Assembly: GCA_025058225.1 (NCBI GenBank)
Contig: JANXEE010000015.1
Span: 37,808-101,807, forward strand
Length of the DNA stretch: 64,000 bases
Origin: Candidatus Calditenuaceae archaeon
GTDB lineage: Archaea > Thermoproteota > Nitrososphaeria_A > Caldarchaeales > Calditenuaceae
Reading direction: 5' to 3'
Positions 1 to 7,609 of the stretch are shown here, one piece after another. Both the position numbers and the translations under genes were made by a program. The notes beneath the pieces are model-generated. The model was given only the letters and a program-made list of their open reading frames with translations, ran no database searches and was not told where the DNA came from. Numbering within the stretch: position 1 is the first letter of the stretch; each line of letters opens with the position of its first letter.

Positions 1-1
1 G

Positions 2-136
2 CCTGGAACCAACGCGAGGAAGTTCGCTGAGGTCGTCGCGGCCGCCGCTCTCGCCGGCGAGCTCTCCCTCACTTCGGCCCTCTCCGCGCACCACCTCGTG
101 AAGGCCCACGACCGCTTAGGTAGAGGCAGGAGGTAG
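2..136 (+). CDS. hmgA: HMG-CoA reductase, C-terminal end (rest of the gene lies upstream of the window)
   Basis: Frame 2 reads [44 protein letters not shown] and stops at TAG 134-136. This resembles the conserved class I HMG-CoA reductase C-terminus (AR..A..V.AGELSL..AL...HLV..H). Confidence 0.6.
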   Translation, partial: PGTNARKFAEVVAAAALAGELSLTSALSAHHLVKAHDRLGRGRR

Positions 137-140
137 TCAG

Positions 141-447
141 ACCGGCGGGGACCGACAGCCCGTAGCCCTCCTTCTGTTTTAGGCGGGATCCGTCTTCTCG
201 TACCTCCGGGGCTCGACGGTGGCGCTCAACGCCCCGGCCACTTTCTCCGCCCGGGACGCCCGTTTCATCCGCTCTCCGGCAGTCGTCAGCGGAACTTCCC
301 GCTTCATACCGCATCTTGCCGGAGGGGTTTCGTCTCTGTGGCGTTGCCGAGGGTTTCCCCACGTGCCTCGCGGCACCGGGCCCACCGTAGGAGGGAGGAA
401 CTTCCCCGGGACCTCCCCGAAGCCCGCCCGGCTGCCTGTCCCCCAGA
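141..447 (-). ncRNA. rnpB: RNase P RNA (archaeal type A-like, about 300 nt; ends approximate)
   Basis: The 350-nt gap has only Arg/Gly/Pro-rich shadow ORFs. The minus-strand read has a terminal helix GGGGACAGGCAGCC (430-444) / GGCUGUCGGUCCCC (147-160). It also has a CR-I-like GGGGAAGUUCC (397-407) and a CR-V-like ACAGAAGGAGGGCUAC (162-177). A P4-type long-range pairing links CCCUCCU (389-395) with AGGAGGG (166-172). A TATA-like CTTATAC lies about 25 nt upstream. Confidence 0.75.
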
Positions 448-464
448 GAGTGGGAGGTCGTGGG

Positions 465-488
465 GTATAAGCTTGAGCGGTTGAAGAT
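465..488. repeat. Copy 1 of a conserved intergenic motif GTATA(A/GA)GCTTGAGCGGTTGAAGAT; probably part of the RNase P RNA promoter (read on minus: ATCTTCAACCGCTCAAGCTTATAC)
   Basis: The 18-nt core GCTTGAGCGGTTGAAGAT at 471-488 is identical to 49186-49203. Both copies adjoin a TATA-like element and both lie between gene ends. Confidence 0.5.
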
Positions 489-1405
489 CAGGCCCCCGGT
501 CTTGGAGGTGCCTCACATGAGCCCCCTGCCAGCTCGACGCTCTCACCGGTGTCGGTCTGTTCAGGAGCCTGTGCGATTGCCTCGCCCTTCCTCCTCACGC
601 TAACTCCCCGCACCTTAGCGACGATCTCCGCCACGACCGCCAGCGCGACCTCCTCCGGCGTGTAGGCACCGATGTCGATCCCCGCCGGCGCGCTGAGCGA
701 CCTGATGAAGTCCTCACCGACTCCCCTAGACCTGAGCAGCTCGAGGTTCCTAGCGACCCGCTTCCGGCTTGCGACCAGCCCCACGTAGCCCACCTTCCTC
801 TTCGAGAGCTTCTCGAGGACCTCGATGTCCCTGCCGCCCTTCGTGAGTACGACCACGTGATCCCGATCTCCGAGGTTTAGCGAGTCGATGTCGAATGAGA
901 GGTCGGATATCAACACGTCCGGCTCGGTGGTCAGGGAGGGGGCCGGGTTCACGACTACCGTCTCGAAACCGAGGACCTTCCCGAACTTGACCAGGGACTC
1001 CTCGACGTCGTCCCTTCCCCCCTGAGCCACCACCACCAGCCTCCTTCTGGGAACCCTGGGCTCCACGAAGATCTCGAGCTTGCCGCCGCAGAACGTCTCC
1101 ACGAAGATCTCGTCTTCAGCTGCTCTTCCTCCAGCCATCTTGATTATCGACTCCTCGGGGCCGGCGAGGTGCACCGTGACGAGTCTCGGCCTGTCCTGTT
1201 TGATCGCCTCTATCGAGATCGAGATTATCGGACCCTCCGGACACACGCCTCCGAGCGAGCCGTAGAGGACGTTGCCATCCTCGTCGACGACGACCTTGAA
1301 CCCCGGCTTCCCGATGGAGGAACCCTCGACCCTCACTATGGTCGCGATCGCGTAGGGTTTCCGCTCGCGCTCCAGCTTCGCTATTACCTCGCCGAAGCCC
1401 TTCAA
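488..1405 (-). CDS. XdhC/CoxI family molybdenum-hydroxylase maturation factor
   Basis: 305-aa ORF with an XdhC_CoxI-like N-terminus (YAIATIVRVEGSSIGKPG) and a Rossmann-like C-domain (RLVVVAQGGRDDVEESL, HVVVLTKGG, VGYVGLVASRKR, PAGIDIGA). The start codon is TTG. Confidence 0.8.
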   Translation of the reverse strand: MKGFGEVIAKLERERKPYAIATIVRVEGSSIGKPGFKVVVDEDGNVLYGSLGGVCPEGPIISISIEAIKQDRPRLVTVHLAGPEESIIKMAGGRAAEDEIFVETFCGGKLEIFVEPRVPRRRLVVVAQGGRDDVEESLVKFGKVLGFETVVVNPAPSLTTEPDVLISDLSFDIDSLNLGDRDHVVVLTKGGRDIEVLEKLSKRKVGYVGLVASRKRVARNLELLRSRGVGEDFIRSLSAPAGIDIGAYTPEEVALAVVAEIVAKVRGVSVRRKGEAIAQAPEQTDTGESVELAGGSCEAPPRPGA

Positions 1406-1560
1406 CCCTCAGGAGGACGTTGAGACCGGTATATTTGCGTGCGTCGAGCGCTGGTGTCGCGAACGCCACTTGCGCGATCTACTCATCACCGGCGACGGGG
1501 AGAACTTATGCCACGAGAAGGTCAAAGATGTCTCTGTCCGGGAGCTGCCGGTCAGCAGAG

Positions 1561-1670
1561 TAGCCCGGGTGGGAGTCGAACCCACGTCTCCGGGTGACCT
1601 CTCCCTACAGGGGATCCAAAGCCCGGAATCCTTGGTCCTCTGGCCAGTTTGACCGCTAGACGACCGGGCT
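1561..1670 (-). tRNA. tRNA-Gln(UUG) with two introns (110 nt precursor, about 73 nt mature)
   Basis: Minus-strand read: AGCCCGG UC GUCU AGCGGUC[AAACUGGCCAGAGGACC]AA GGAU U CCGGG CUUUGG[AUCCCCUGUAGGGAGAGGUC]A CCCGG AGAC GUGGG UUCGACU CCCAC CCGGGCU A. The A1-U72 pair and CUUUGGA loop are typical of archaeal tRNA-Gln. The T-arm and acceptor stem are perfect. Confidence 0.8.
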
Positions 1671-1713
1671 ACCATCGATCGAAGGTACCGGGTTGATTTA
1701 GACCTTTACGGCC

Positions 1714-2475
1714 TCAGAGGCCGGCGTCGCGCAGCGCGACGATCTTCGAAGATATCGAGAGCATGAATTCGTCGAGGAACCTTAGGACCGATTCTTGATA
1801 GGCGTCGAAGCTCGATGGATACGCGAGCAACCACCTCAGGATCTCGTCGGAGCTCGCACCCGCAGGAGGTTGACGCTGGAGCCACCTGATGTAATCTATG
1901 ACACCGCCGACGTTGTTGATGATCCTGTCCACAGACGGGGTCAGCTGTGGGTCGTACTCGGCGACCGTCGACTTGAGTCCGGACCAGTAGTTGTTGAGGA
2001 AGTTACTCACCCGCCTCTCGTCGAGCTGGGAGATGTCTGTGACACCTACGAAGAGGAGCTGGAGGAGGTTGTCCCTGCCAGAGATCTGGGTGTATATGGC
2101 GACCGCCTTCTCGAGGCGCGAGACTACGGCCCTTGCCCTCTCGACCCTCCTGGTGAGCTCCGCAGACCCCGACTCGGCAGCCCTCAATCTGGCCTGAAGC
2201 TCGGTTACGGAGTTGCTGAGTGCCGCTAGGTTCGTCTGGAGCGAGTTCACCCTCACCCTGAGGTCGTCACGCTCGAGCCTCAGCTGTGAGAGCTGCGCGT
2301 TGAGCGACTCGAGCTCGGTGCCCAGTCTCTCGTTCAGGGACCTGAGCTGTCTGAATTCCCCGAGGACCTCTTCACGGCCAGTGGAGTACCCGAGGAAGTA
2401 GCCCGAGACCCCCAGCGCAACCCCGACGACCAGAAGGGCCGTCACGAAGACCGTCCTGCTGACCATCCGCATCAC
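1714..2475 (-). CDS. Hypothetical membrane-anchored coiled-coil protein
   Basis: 253-aa ORF with an N-terminal TM helix (VFVTALLVVGVALGVSGYFLG), then heptad-like LxxLxxE repeats. ATGA overlap with the upstream gene at 2472-2475. Confidence 0.6.
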   Translation of the reverse strand: MMRMVSRTVFVTALLVVGVALGVSGYFLGYSTGREEVLGEFRQLRSLNERLGTELESLNAQLSQLRLERDDLRVRVNSLQTNLAALSNSVTELQARLRAAESGSAELTRRVERARAVVSRLEKAVAIYTQISGRDNLLQLLFVGVTDISQLDERRVSNFLNNYWSGLKSTVAEYDPQLTPSVDRIINNVGGVIDYIRWLQRQPPAGASSDEILRWLLAYPSSFDAYQESVLRFLDEFMLSISSKIVALRDAGL

Positions 2476-3161
2476 CCTCCCTGTGTACTTCCGCTATCCT
2501 GCCTCGTGTGGCCCCCTGCGCCCGCGGATCCCCTGAGCTTCGTGAGGGAGTCGTGGATGATGATGGCCGTCGCCACCAGACCGAGCGCTATCAACCCCAT
2601 GCCGATCGGGGTCCAGGCCTCAGTCCGCACCTCTCTGGGTTCAGCCATCACGGTCCTGAGACTGACCGTCTGCATGGTGACCGTGGCACCCGGTACAGTC
2701 ACGGTGAGGTACCTGAACTCTGTGACCGTCGCGGTGACTGTAATGGCCGGTTCGTCGACGATCGAGATTTCGAGCGTGTACGCTCCCCGAGATGGCCCGA
2801 ACGGGTAGACCACGACGTAGTGGGGGCCCGTGGCGACCGCCCTGTAGGAGGCGCGTTCGTAGAAGCCTGCCGGTCTCACACCGGTCTCGAGCGGGTCTCG
2901 TTCCGGCGAGAAGAGAACCAAGTCAAAGTCCTGGTCCAGAGGCACCCTCACCACCACGAAAATGGTCTGGCCCTTAACGAGGTCCACCCTGAAGAAGTGC
3001 AGGTCGCCCGCCTGCAGGTCATACGTGTAAGAGCCGGGTGCGAGGACCGGCGCGTTGGCGAAGTTGGTGCCCGGAGGAGGTGCTGCGGCCTGTGCCGAGA
3101 CCAGTGCGTTCAGGTTAAGCAGCAGCGCCACGACGGTTCCGAACAGCAAGCCCTTACGCAT
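2472..3161 (-). CDS. Hypothetical secreted protein with C-terminal membrane anchor (pre-peptidase C-terminal-like beta domain, tentative)
   Basis: 229-aa ORF with a signal peptide (LLFGTVVALLLNLNALVSAQA), a beta-rich domain (YTYDLQAGDLHFFRVDLVKGQTIFVVV ... YTLEISI) and a C-terminal TM helix (IGMGLIALGLVATAIII). Confidence 0.6.
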   Translation of the reverse strand: MRKGLLFGTVVALLLNLNALVSAQAAAPPPGTNFANAPVLAPGSYTYDLQAGDLHFFRVDLVKGQTIFVVVRVPLDQDFDLVLFSPERDPLETGVRPAGFYERASYRAVATGPHYVVVYPFGPSRGAYTLEISIVDEPAITVTATVTEFRYLTVTVPGATVTMQTVSLRTVMAEPREVRTEAWTPIGMGLIALGLVATAIIIHDSLTKLRGSAGAGGHTRQDSGSTQGG

Positions 3162-3374
3162 GTTATGGTCAACAATCTCTCGAAGGGTCCGACATAAAGG
3201 TTGTCAGGGAGGGCCGGCGCTGCGTGGCGGCTCTCTCAAACGCCTCGCGCTCACTTCCTCGCTGTAACCCTGATCGGTCATCGCCGCAGCAGAAGTCATC
3301 CACCGGCAGATTTAACGGTGTCACGGGTAATGTGTAGTAAGGTTAATATTGTTTGCCATGGTTAACTTTTTGGG

Positions 3375-4082
3375 ATGGCGGAAGTCCTGCTGAGGGTCGC
3401 GGACCTTTACGCCGGTTACGACGGAGCCGCGGTGCTGGAGGGGGTATGGTATGAGGGTTTGAGGGAGGAGTTGGTGCTGCTGATGGGGCCGAACGGTGCC
3501 GGAAAGTCGACGCTGCTCAAGACGGCTGTCGGTCTGATCAGACCGATTCGAGGTTCGGTGGAGGTACTGGGTAGCGATCCCTGGAGCGACAGGTCTGTGA
3601 GGAGGAGGGTTGCGTACGTTCCACAGCAAAGGACTTTGGCCGTCTCATCCCCACTGAGGGTGGTCGACCTGGTGGAGATGGGTGCCAGAGCGGCCCGTGC
3701 CCGCGGCGCTAGGGACCGGTCGGACGACGCGATGGAGAGGGTCGACGTCGCACGCCTTCGAAACGCGAGGTTATTGGATCTCTCGGGGGGACAGTTGGCT
3801 AGGGCCCTCATCGCTAGGGCCTTAGCCCAAGACCCTGACATCTACCTGCTCGACGAGCCCTTCGAGTCCATCGACCGTCCGAGCGAGGAGGCGGTCGTTT
3901 CAGCCCTCGAGGAGGAGAAAAGGCGAGGCAAGCACGTGCTCCTCTCCGAGCACCACGTTCCAGACCCGACGCCCTTCGACAGGGTCGTGCTTCTGAACAG
4001 GCGCGTCGTCGCTATCGGGACGCCCACCGACGTTCTCTCGGACAGGAGACTCCTGACCGAGGCCTATAACGGCAAGTGGTAG
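3375..4082 (+). CDS. ABC transporter ATP-binding protein (ZnuC/TroB-like metal-type)
   Basis: Walker A GPNGAGKST, signature LSGGQ, Walker B IYLLDEPFESID. It lies directly upstream of an ABC-3 type permease. Confidence 0.85.
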   Translation: MAEVLLRVADLYAGYDGAAVLEGVWYEGLREELVLLMGPNGAGKSTLLKTAVGLIRPIRGSVEVLGSDPWSDRSVRRRVAYVPQQRTLAVSSPLRVVDLVEMGARAARARGARDRSDDAMERVDVARLRNARLLDLSGGQLARALIARALAQDPDIYLLDEPFESIDRPSEEAVVSALEEEKRRGKHVLLSEHHVPDPTPFDRVVLLNRRVVAIGTPTDVLSDRRLLTEAYNGKW

Positions 4083-4085
4083 AAC

Positions 4086-5750
4086 TTGGACGCACTGGTC
4101 GCGATCGTCGCAGCAGTTCTCCTCTTCAACGCTTCCGATGTCCAAGAGCTCCCGCACGTTATGGTGACCACCGAAGCACTGGAGGAGCTTGTGAGGGCTG
4201 TTGGCGACGGGGTCGTCGTGGTGGAGAGCGTCCTCGGCGAGTCGAGCCCTTCGACCTTCAGATTGAAGCCGAGCGTCGTCGAGAGGTTACTTCAAGCCGA
4301 CCTCTTCCTCTTCATCGGTTACGGCTCCGAGGCGAGGGTCGGGGAGCTCGCATCGGTCGTCCGGAGGGGAGCACCTACCTACAGGCTCTCCGAGGTGCTC
4401 GGGATGGAGGCCGTCAAGACTGCCTTCTGGGTTTCGCCGAGGGGTGCTTCGCGGCTCGCGGACGCGGTCGCTTCGATCCTCTCCCAGCACTATCCCTACG
4501 CCTCCGAGAGGATCGAGCTCAACAGGCAGAGGTTCACCGGCGAGCTGGAGCTGCTGGACTCCTGGGCCAGGGACCTGGTGTCGACCGTTGGCGGACGGTC
4601 GGCGGTCGTGACGATACGTCCGTCGCTCAACGACTTACTGGAGGGCCTCGGCATGAAGGTCATCACGCTCACCGAAGGGTTCGGGAGCTATGAGCAGCGG
4701 CTCGCCAAGTTAGGAGAGGTAGTCGTCGCGATCACGGACACGGGTGCGCCGATACTCGTCGAGGCTGAGGAGGAGGGAACGACGCTGAGGGAGGTCATGG
4801 TCAACCTGGCCTCCAGGACGGGACTCGGGGTCCATGGTCCCGTTTACTACGAGTGGATCGACGAGGGTCGCGGCATAGTGAATTACCCCGATCTGATAAG
4901 GTGGAACGTTGTGCAGGTCGTCAACGCCCTGAGGACCGCGACCGGTCCCCAACGCACCGATGCGTTCCTATCGCTGTTAACGGTGGGCCTGCTGGCGCTC
5001 GTGGCTGTCACGGTGACCACCTCGGTAGTCGGGAGCTTCGGGTTGATGCGGGGTTGGGCCATCTTCGGCGACGCGCTCTCTCATGGAGCCATCGCGGGGC
5101 TCGTCGCGGCCTACGTAATCGGGGCCGACTTCTACGTCGGAGCCCTAGCGGCGGGGTTGTTGGTTGCGTTGGCCGTCTCCTACATCGAGAGGAGGACGAA
5201 GTTGAGGGGGGACGTCGCCATCGCGATTACCTTCACCTCGATGCTTGCCCTTGCGATCGTGATGCTCTCCAGTACAGGAGGAGCTACACTCAACATAGAG
5301 GACGTGCTGTTCGCCGACGTCCTGGCGGTCTCCGACGAGTTCTTTGTAAGGTCTCTGGTGCTATCGGTGACCTCGCTGGTCGCAGTCCTTTCGGTGAGGA
5401 AGGCCCTGATGATTTACTGCGTCGACCCCCTCTACGCGGAGTCCATAGGCCTGAGGACTTCCTTGCTCCACTACGGCCTCCTCGCGTTGCTTTCGGGAAC
5501 CGTGATCACGGCCTTCATGACCGTCGGCGCCATACCGGCCGTCGCCTCGTTCATAATACCCCCGGCCACCGCCTTCCTTCTCTCACGGGGCCCCGGCTCG
5601 TACCTGGCTATGTCTGCCGCGATCCCTGCCCTGTCAGCGCTCGGAGGGCTGGGACTTGCATACGTTCTCGACACGAACGTGGGAGCAGCGACCGTGCTGG
5701 TCTACGCGGTGGTTTTCGTGGTAGCAATGATGTCGAGAAGGGCGAGTTGA
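4086..5750 (+). CDS. Fusion of a ZnuA/TroA-like substrate-binding domain (N-terminal about 290 aa) with an ABC-3 (ZnuB/TroC-like) permease
   Basis: 554 aa with an N-terminal signal anchor. The cluster A-I binding-protein pattern is present (LKPSVVERLLQADLFLFIGYGSE, KTAFWVSPRGA, ERIELNRQRF). Multi-TM permease follows, with AIFGDALSHGAIAGL typical of ABC-3 permeases. Confidence 0.8.
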   Translation: MDALVAIVAAVLLFNASDVQELPHVMVTTEALEELVRAVGDGVVVVESVLGESSPSTFRLKPSVVERLLQADLFLFIGYGSEARVGELASVVRRGAPTYRLSEVLGMEAVKTAFWVSPRGASRLADAVASILSQHYPYASERIELNRQRFTGELELLDSWARDLVSTVGGRSAVVTIRPSLNDLLEGLGMKVITLTEGFGSYEQRLAKLGEVVVAITDTGAPILVEAEEEGTTLREVMVNLASRTGLGVHGPVYYEWIDEGRGIVNYPDLIRWNVVQVVNALRTATGPQRTDAFLSLLTVGLLALVAVTVTTSVVGSFGLMRGWAIFGDALSHGAIAGLVAAYVIGADFYVGALAAGLLVALAVSYIERRTKLRGDVAIAITFTSMLALAIVMLSSTGGATLNIEDVLFADVLAVSDEFFVRSLVLSVTSLVAVLSVRKALMIYCVDPLYAESIGLRTSLLHYGLLALLSGTVITAFMTVGAIPAVASFIIPPATAFLLSRGPGSYLAMSAAIPALSALGGLGLAYVLDTNVGAATVLVYAVVFVVAMMSRRAS

Positions 5751-5752
5751 CG

Positions 5753-6433
5753 TCACGGCTCCACCGTTGTTCCAGCCTCGCCGTGCAGTACGGCCCTCCT
5801 CACGTTCTCGGGATCGGTGCCGTCAACGAAGAGCAGCCTCACCCTGGACCTCTTGAGGACCGTCAGACCCACCGAGTCGACGAGCCTGTACTCTCCGGCC
5901 ATGTGAGAGACCTCTCCGAGCCTCGCGAGGAGTTCGTCGTACGTCATACTGGGTATCAGCTTGGCATCGGCGTGAAGTTTGGGGTCACGGTCGTAAACTC
6001 CCCTGACATCGGTAGCAACTATGAGCCGATCAGCTCTGATGGCCCCAGCGCAGACGGCCGAGACCGCGAAGGTCGACTGACCTGGCCAGAGACCTCCAGC
6101 GACTGCGATGCTCCTTACGGCTAGGGCCCTCCTCAGCGACTCGATGTCCTTGACAACTTCGGGGTAGGCCTGCTCCCCCAAGGCCAGCAGCATCAGCGCG
6201 GCGTGAATTCTCGTTACGGTGATGGCGATCTCGTCGCAGGTCACCTCGTCCGCACCCAATGTCCTCGCGGCTTGTATGTAGGTCCTCGCGGGGTCACCGC
6301 CACCCACCACGACCACCCATCTGTCAGAGGCGTCGTGAGTCTCCCTGATCACTCGTGCGTATCCTCTGATCAGATCCACGTCAGGCGCTCCCCTTGCGAA
6401 GAGGTGTCCACCCAGTTTGATCACCAGCGGCAA
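5753..6433 (-). CDS. pyrH: Uridylate (UMP) kinase, archaeal type
   Basis: 226-aa amino-acid-kinase fold: VIKLGGHLF, VVVVGGGDPAR, AVAGGLWPGQSTFAVSA, ATDVRGVYDRDP. Confidence 0.8.
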   Translation of the reverse strand: MPLVIKLGGHLFARGAPDVDLIRGYARVIRETHDASDRWVVVVGGGDPARTYIQAARTLGADEVTCDEIAITVTRIHAALMLLALGEQAYPEVVKDIESLRRALAVRSIAVAGGLWPGQSTFAVSAVCAGAIRADRLIVATDVRGVYDRDPKLHADAKLIPSMTYDELLARLGEVSHMAGEYRLVDSVGLTVLKRSRVRLLFVDGTDPENVRRAVLHGEAGTTVEP

Positions 6434-6472
6434 CTCGGTCCTGTCAGATCGTCGCTTAAAGAAAACCGTACT

Positions 6473-7561
6473 TCAGCCAATCGGTAGCCTCGAAGTTAAC
6501 GCCTTGTCGAGCGCGATCATCCCTCCGAGCGCCATGACCCTGTCAGAGGCCATGCCGCCCGACGCGACCACCCTGAGCCTGTACTTGCCGGACTCGGCGC
6601 CCCTCAGGACCTCGTCGAGCCCGGGGTCGTTCAAGTTAGTCCAGAGGTGATCCTCCGCCACCAGCACCATCCCGACTTTTCGCTCCCTGACCATCAGAAG
6701 GGTCTCCGCGGGCCCGAAGGCCGAGGACCTCGGATCCTCCAGGGCCAGCTCAAGCGACCTCTCCACCAGTAGCGCGTCGTAGAGCGGTTTGAGGTCCTTT
6801 CCAAGCCCTCCCCTCCTGAGCACCTCCATGAGGCCCTCGATGCCGCCGGCCGAGGCCGGGACCGTTCTCTTCAACACCTCCCCCCTCGAGGAGAGCGCCC
6901 TCCTCAGGTCGCTGGTGAGCCCGTCGACGAGCGGCTGCGGGGCCACCACCACGACCTCGGGCTCATTGTACCTTTCCATCGCGTCGAGCATCGCGTCCTT
7001 CATACCCGTGACCAACTCCTCCTTCCAGCTCGAAACCCGCTCGGACCCAGAGTACTTGGGCCCTGATGAGGTCTCGACGGTCTTGAGGACGACGTAACCC
7101 TCGTCGCTGATCAGGACGAGCGCGGCCCTCTCGTCGTCGGCGGAGACGACCAGCATGGGCCTGACGGGCTTGCGCTTTCCGACCTCGGAGATGGCTAACA
7201 GCCTCCCGAACCTCTCCCTCGAGACCACCTCGATCTCCCTTCCCCTCTCGACGTGAACCGTGTGATGCTTCTTCAGGAGGTCCTCGTGTCCGGGAGCGTC
7301 CACTATCCGTCCCAGGAACGAGATCCGTCGGATGCTTGGATCGGCCGACTTCCTCTCGACCTCAATGCCGATCCTCAGGGGGATCCTCTTGCTGTCGACC
7401 TCTCCGGAGGCCCTCTCCTTCTTGATCTCACGGGTCGTCTCCGCGAAGACCAGGTCTCCTCTCTCCACGGACCTGTAGAGGTTGATAAGGTCCACCCCCG
7501 ACTCGGGGACGAGTCTCACGGACCTCTTCAGCTCGTCAACGGCTATCGCCCTCACCGCCAC
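6473..7561 (-). CDS. pelA: Pelota/Dom34 mRNA surveillance protein
   Basis: 362 aa. The N-terminal Sm-like domain pattern is DLINLYRSVERGDLVFAETTREIKK ... RISFLGRIV. The central and C-terminal domains are eRF1-like. Confidence 0.8.
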   Translation of the reverse strand: MAVRAIAVDELKRSVRLVPESGVDLINLYRSVERGDLVFAETTREIKKERASGEVDSKRIPLRIGIEVERKSADPSIRRISFLGRIVDAPGHEDLLKKHHTVHVERGREIEVVSRERFGRLLAISEVGKRKPVRPMLVVSADDERAALVLISDEGYVVLKTVETSSGPKYSGSERVSSWKEELVTGMKDAMLDAMERYNEPEVVVVAPQPLVDGLTSDLRRALSSRGEVLKRTVPASAGGIEGLMEVLRRGGLGKDLKPLYDALLVERSLELALEDPRSSAFGPAETLLMVRERKVGMVLVAEDHLWTNLNDPGLDEVLRGAESGKYRLRVVASGGMASDRVMALGGMIALDKALTSRLPIG

Positions 7562-7609
7562 CAGCTTGGACTTCCCCGCTTCAGGTGATTAACCGATCTC
7601 CGGTCGGAT

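Noticed and set aside
69-546. Four overlapping ORFs (69..362, 179..385, 219..470, 304..546) at the start of the window.
   Set aside because: Their composition is implausible. The region is better explained by a minus-strand RNase P RNA.
4853-6124. Long ORFs antisense to, or out of frame with, clear genes. Examples: 4853..6124 (423 aa), 8064..9158 (364 aa), 41210..42349 (379 aa), 24000..24863, 45285..46199, 61686..62609, 39493..40221 and 10183..10905.
   Set aside because: Their translations are dominated by Arg, Pro, Gly and His runs with no motifs. They overlap genes with strong family signatures. These are typical shadow ORFs of GC-rich DNA.
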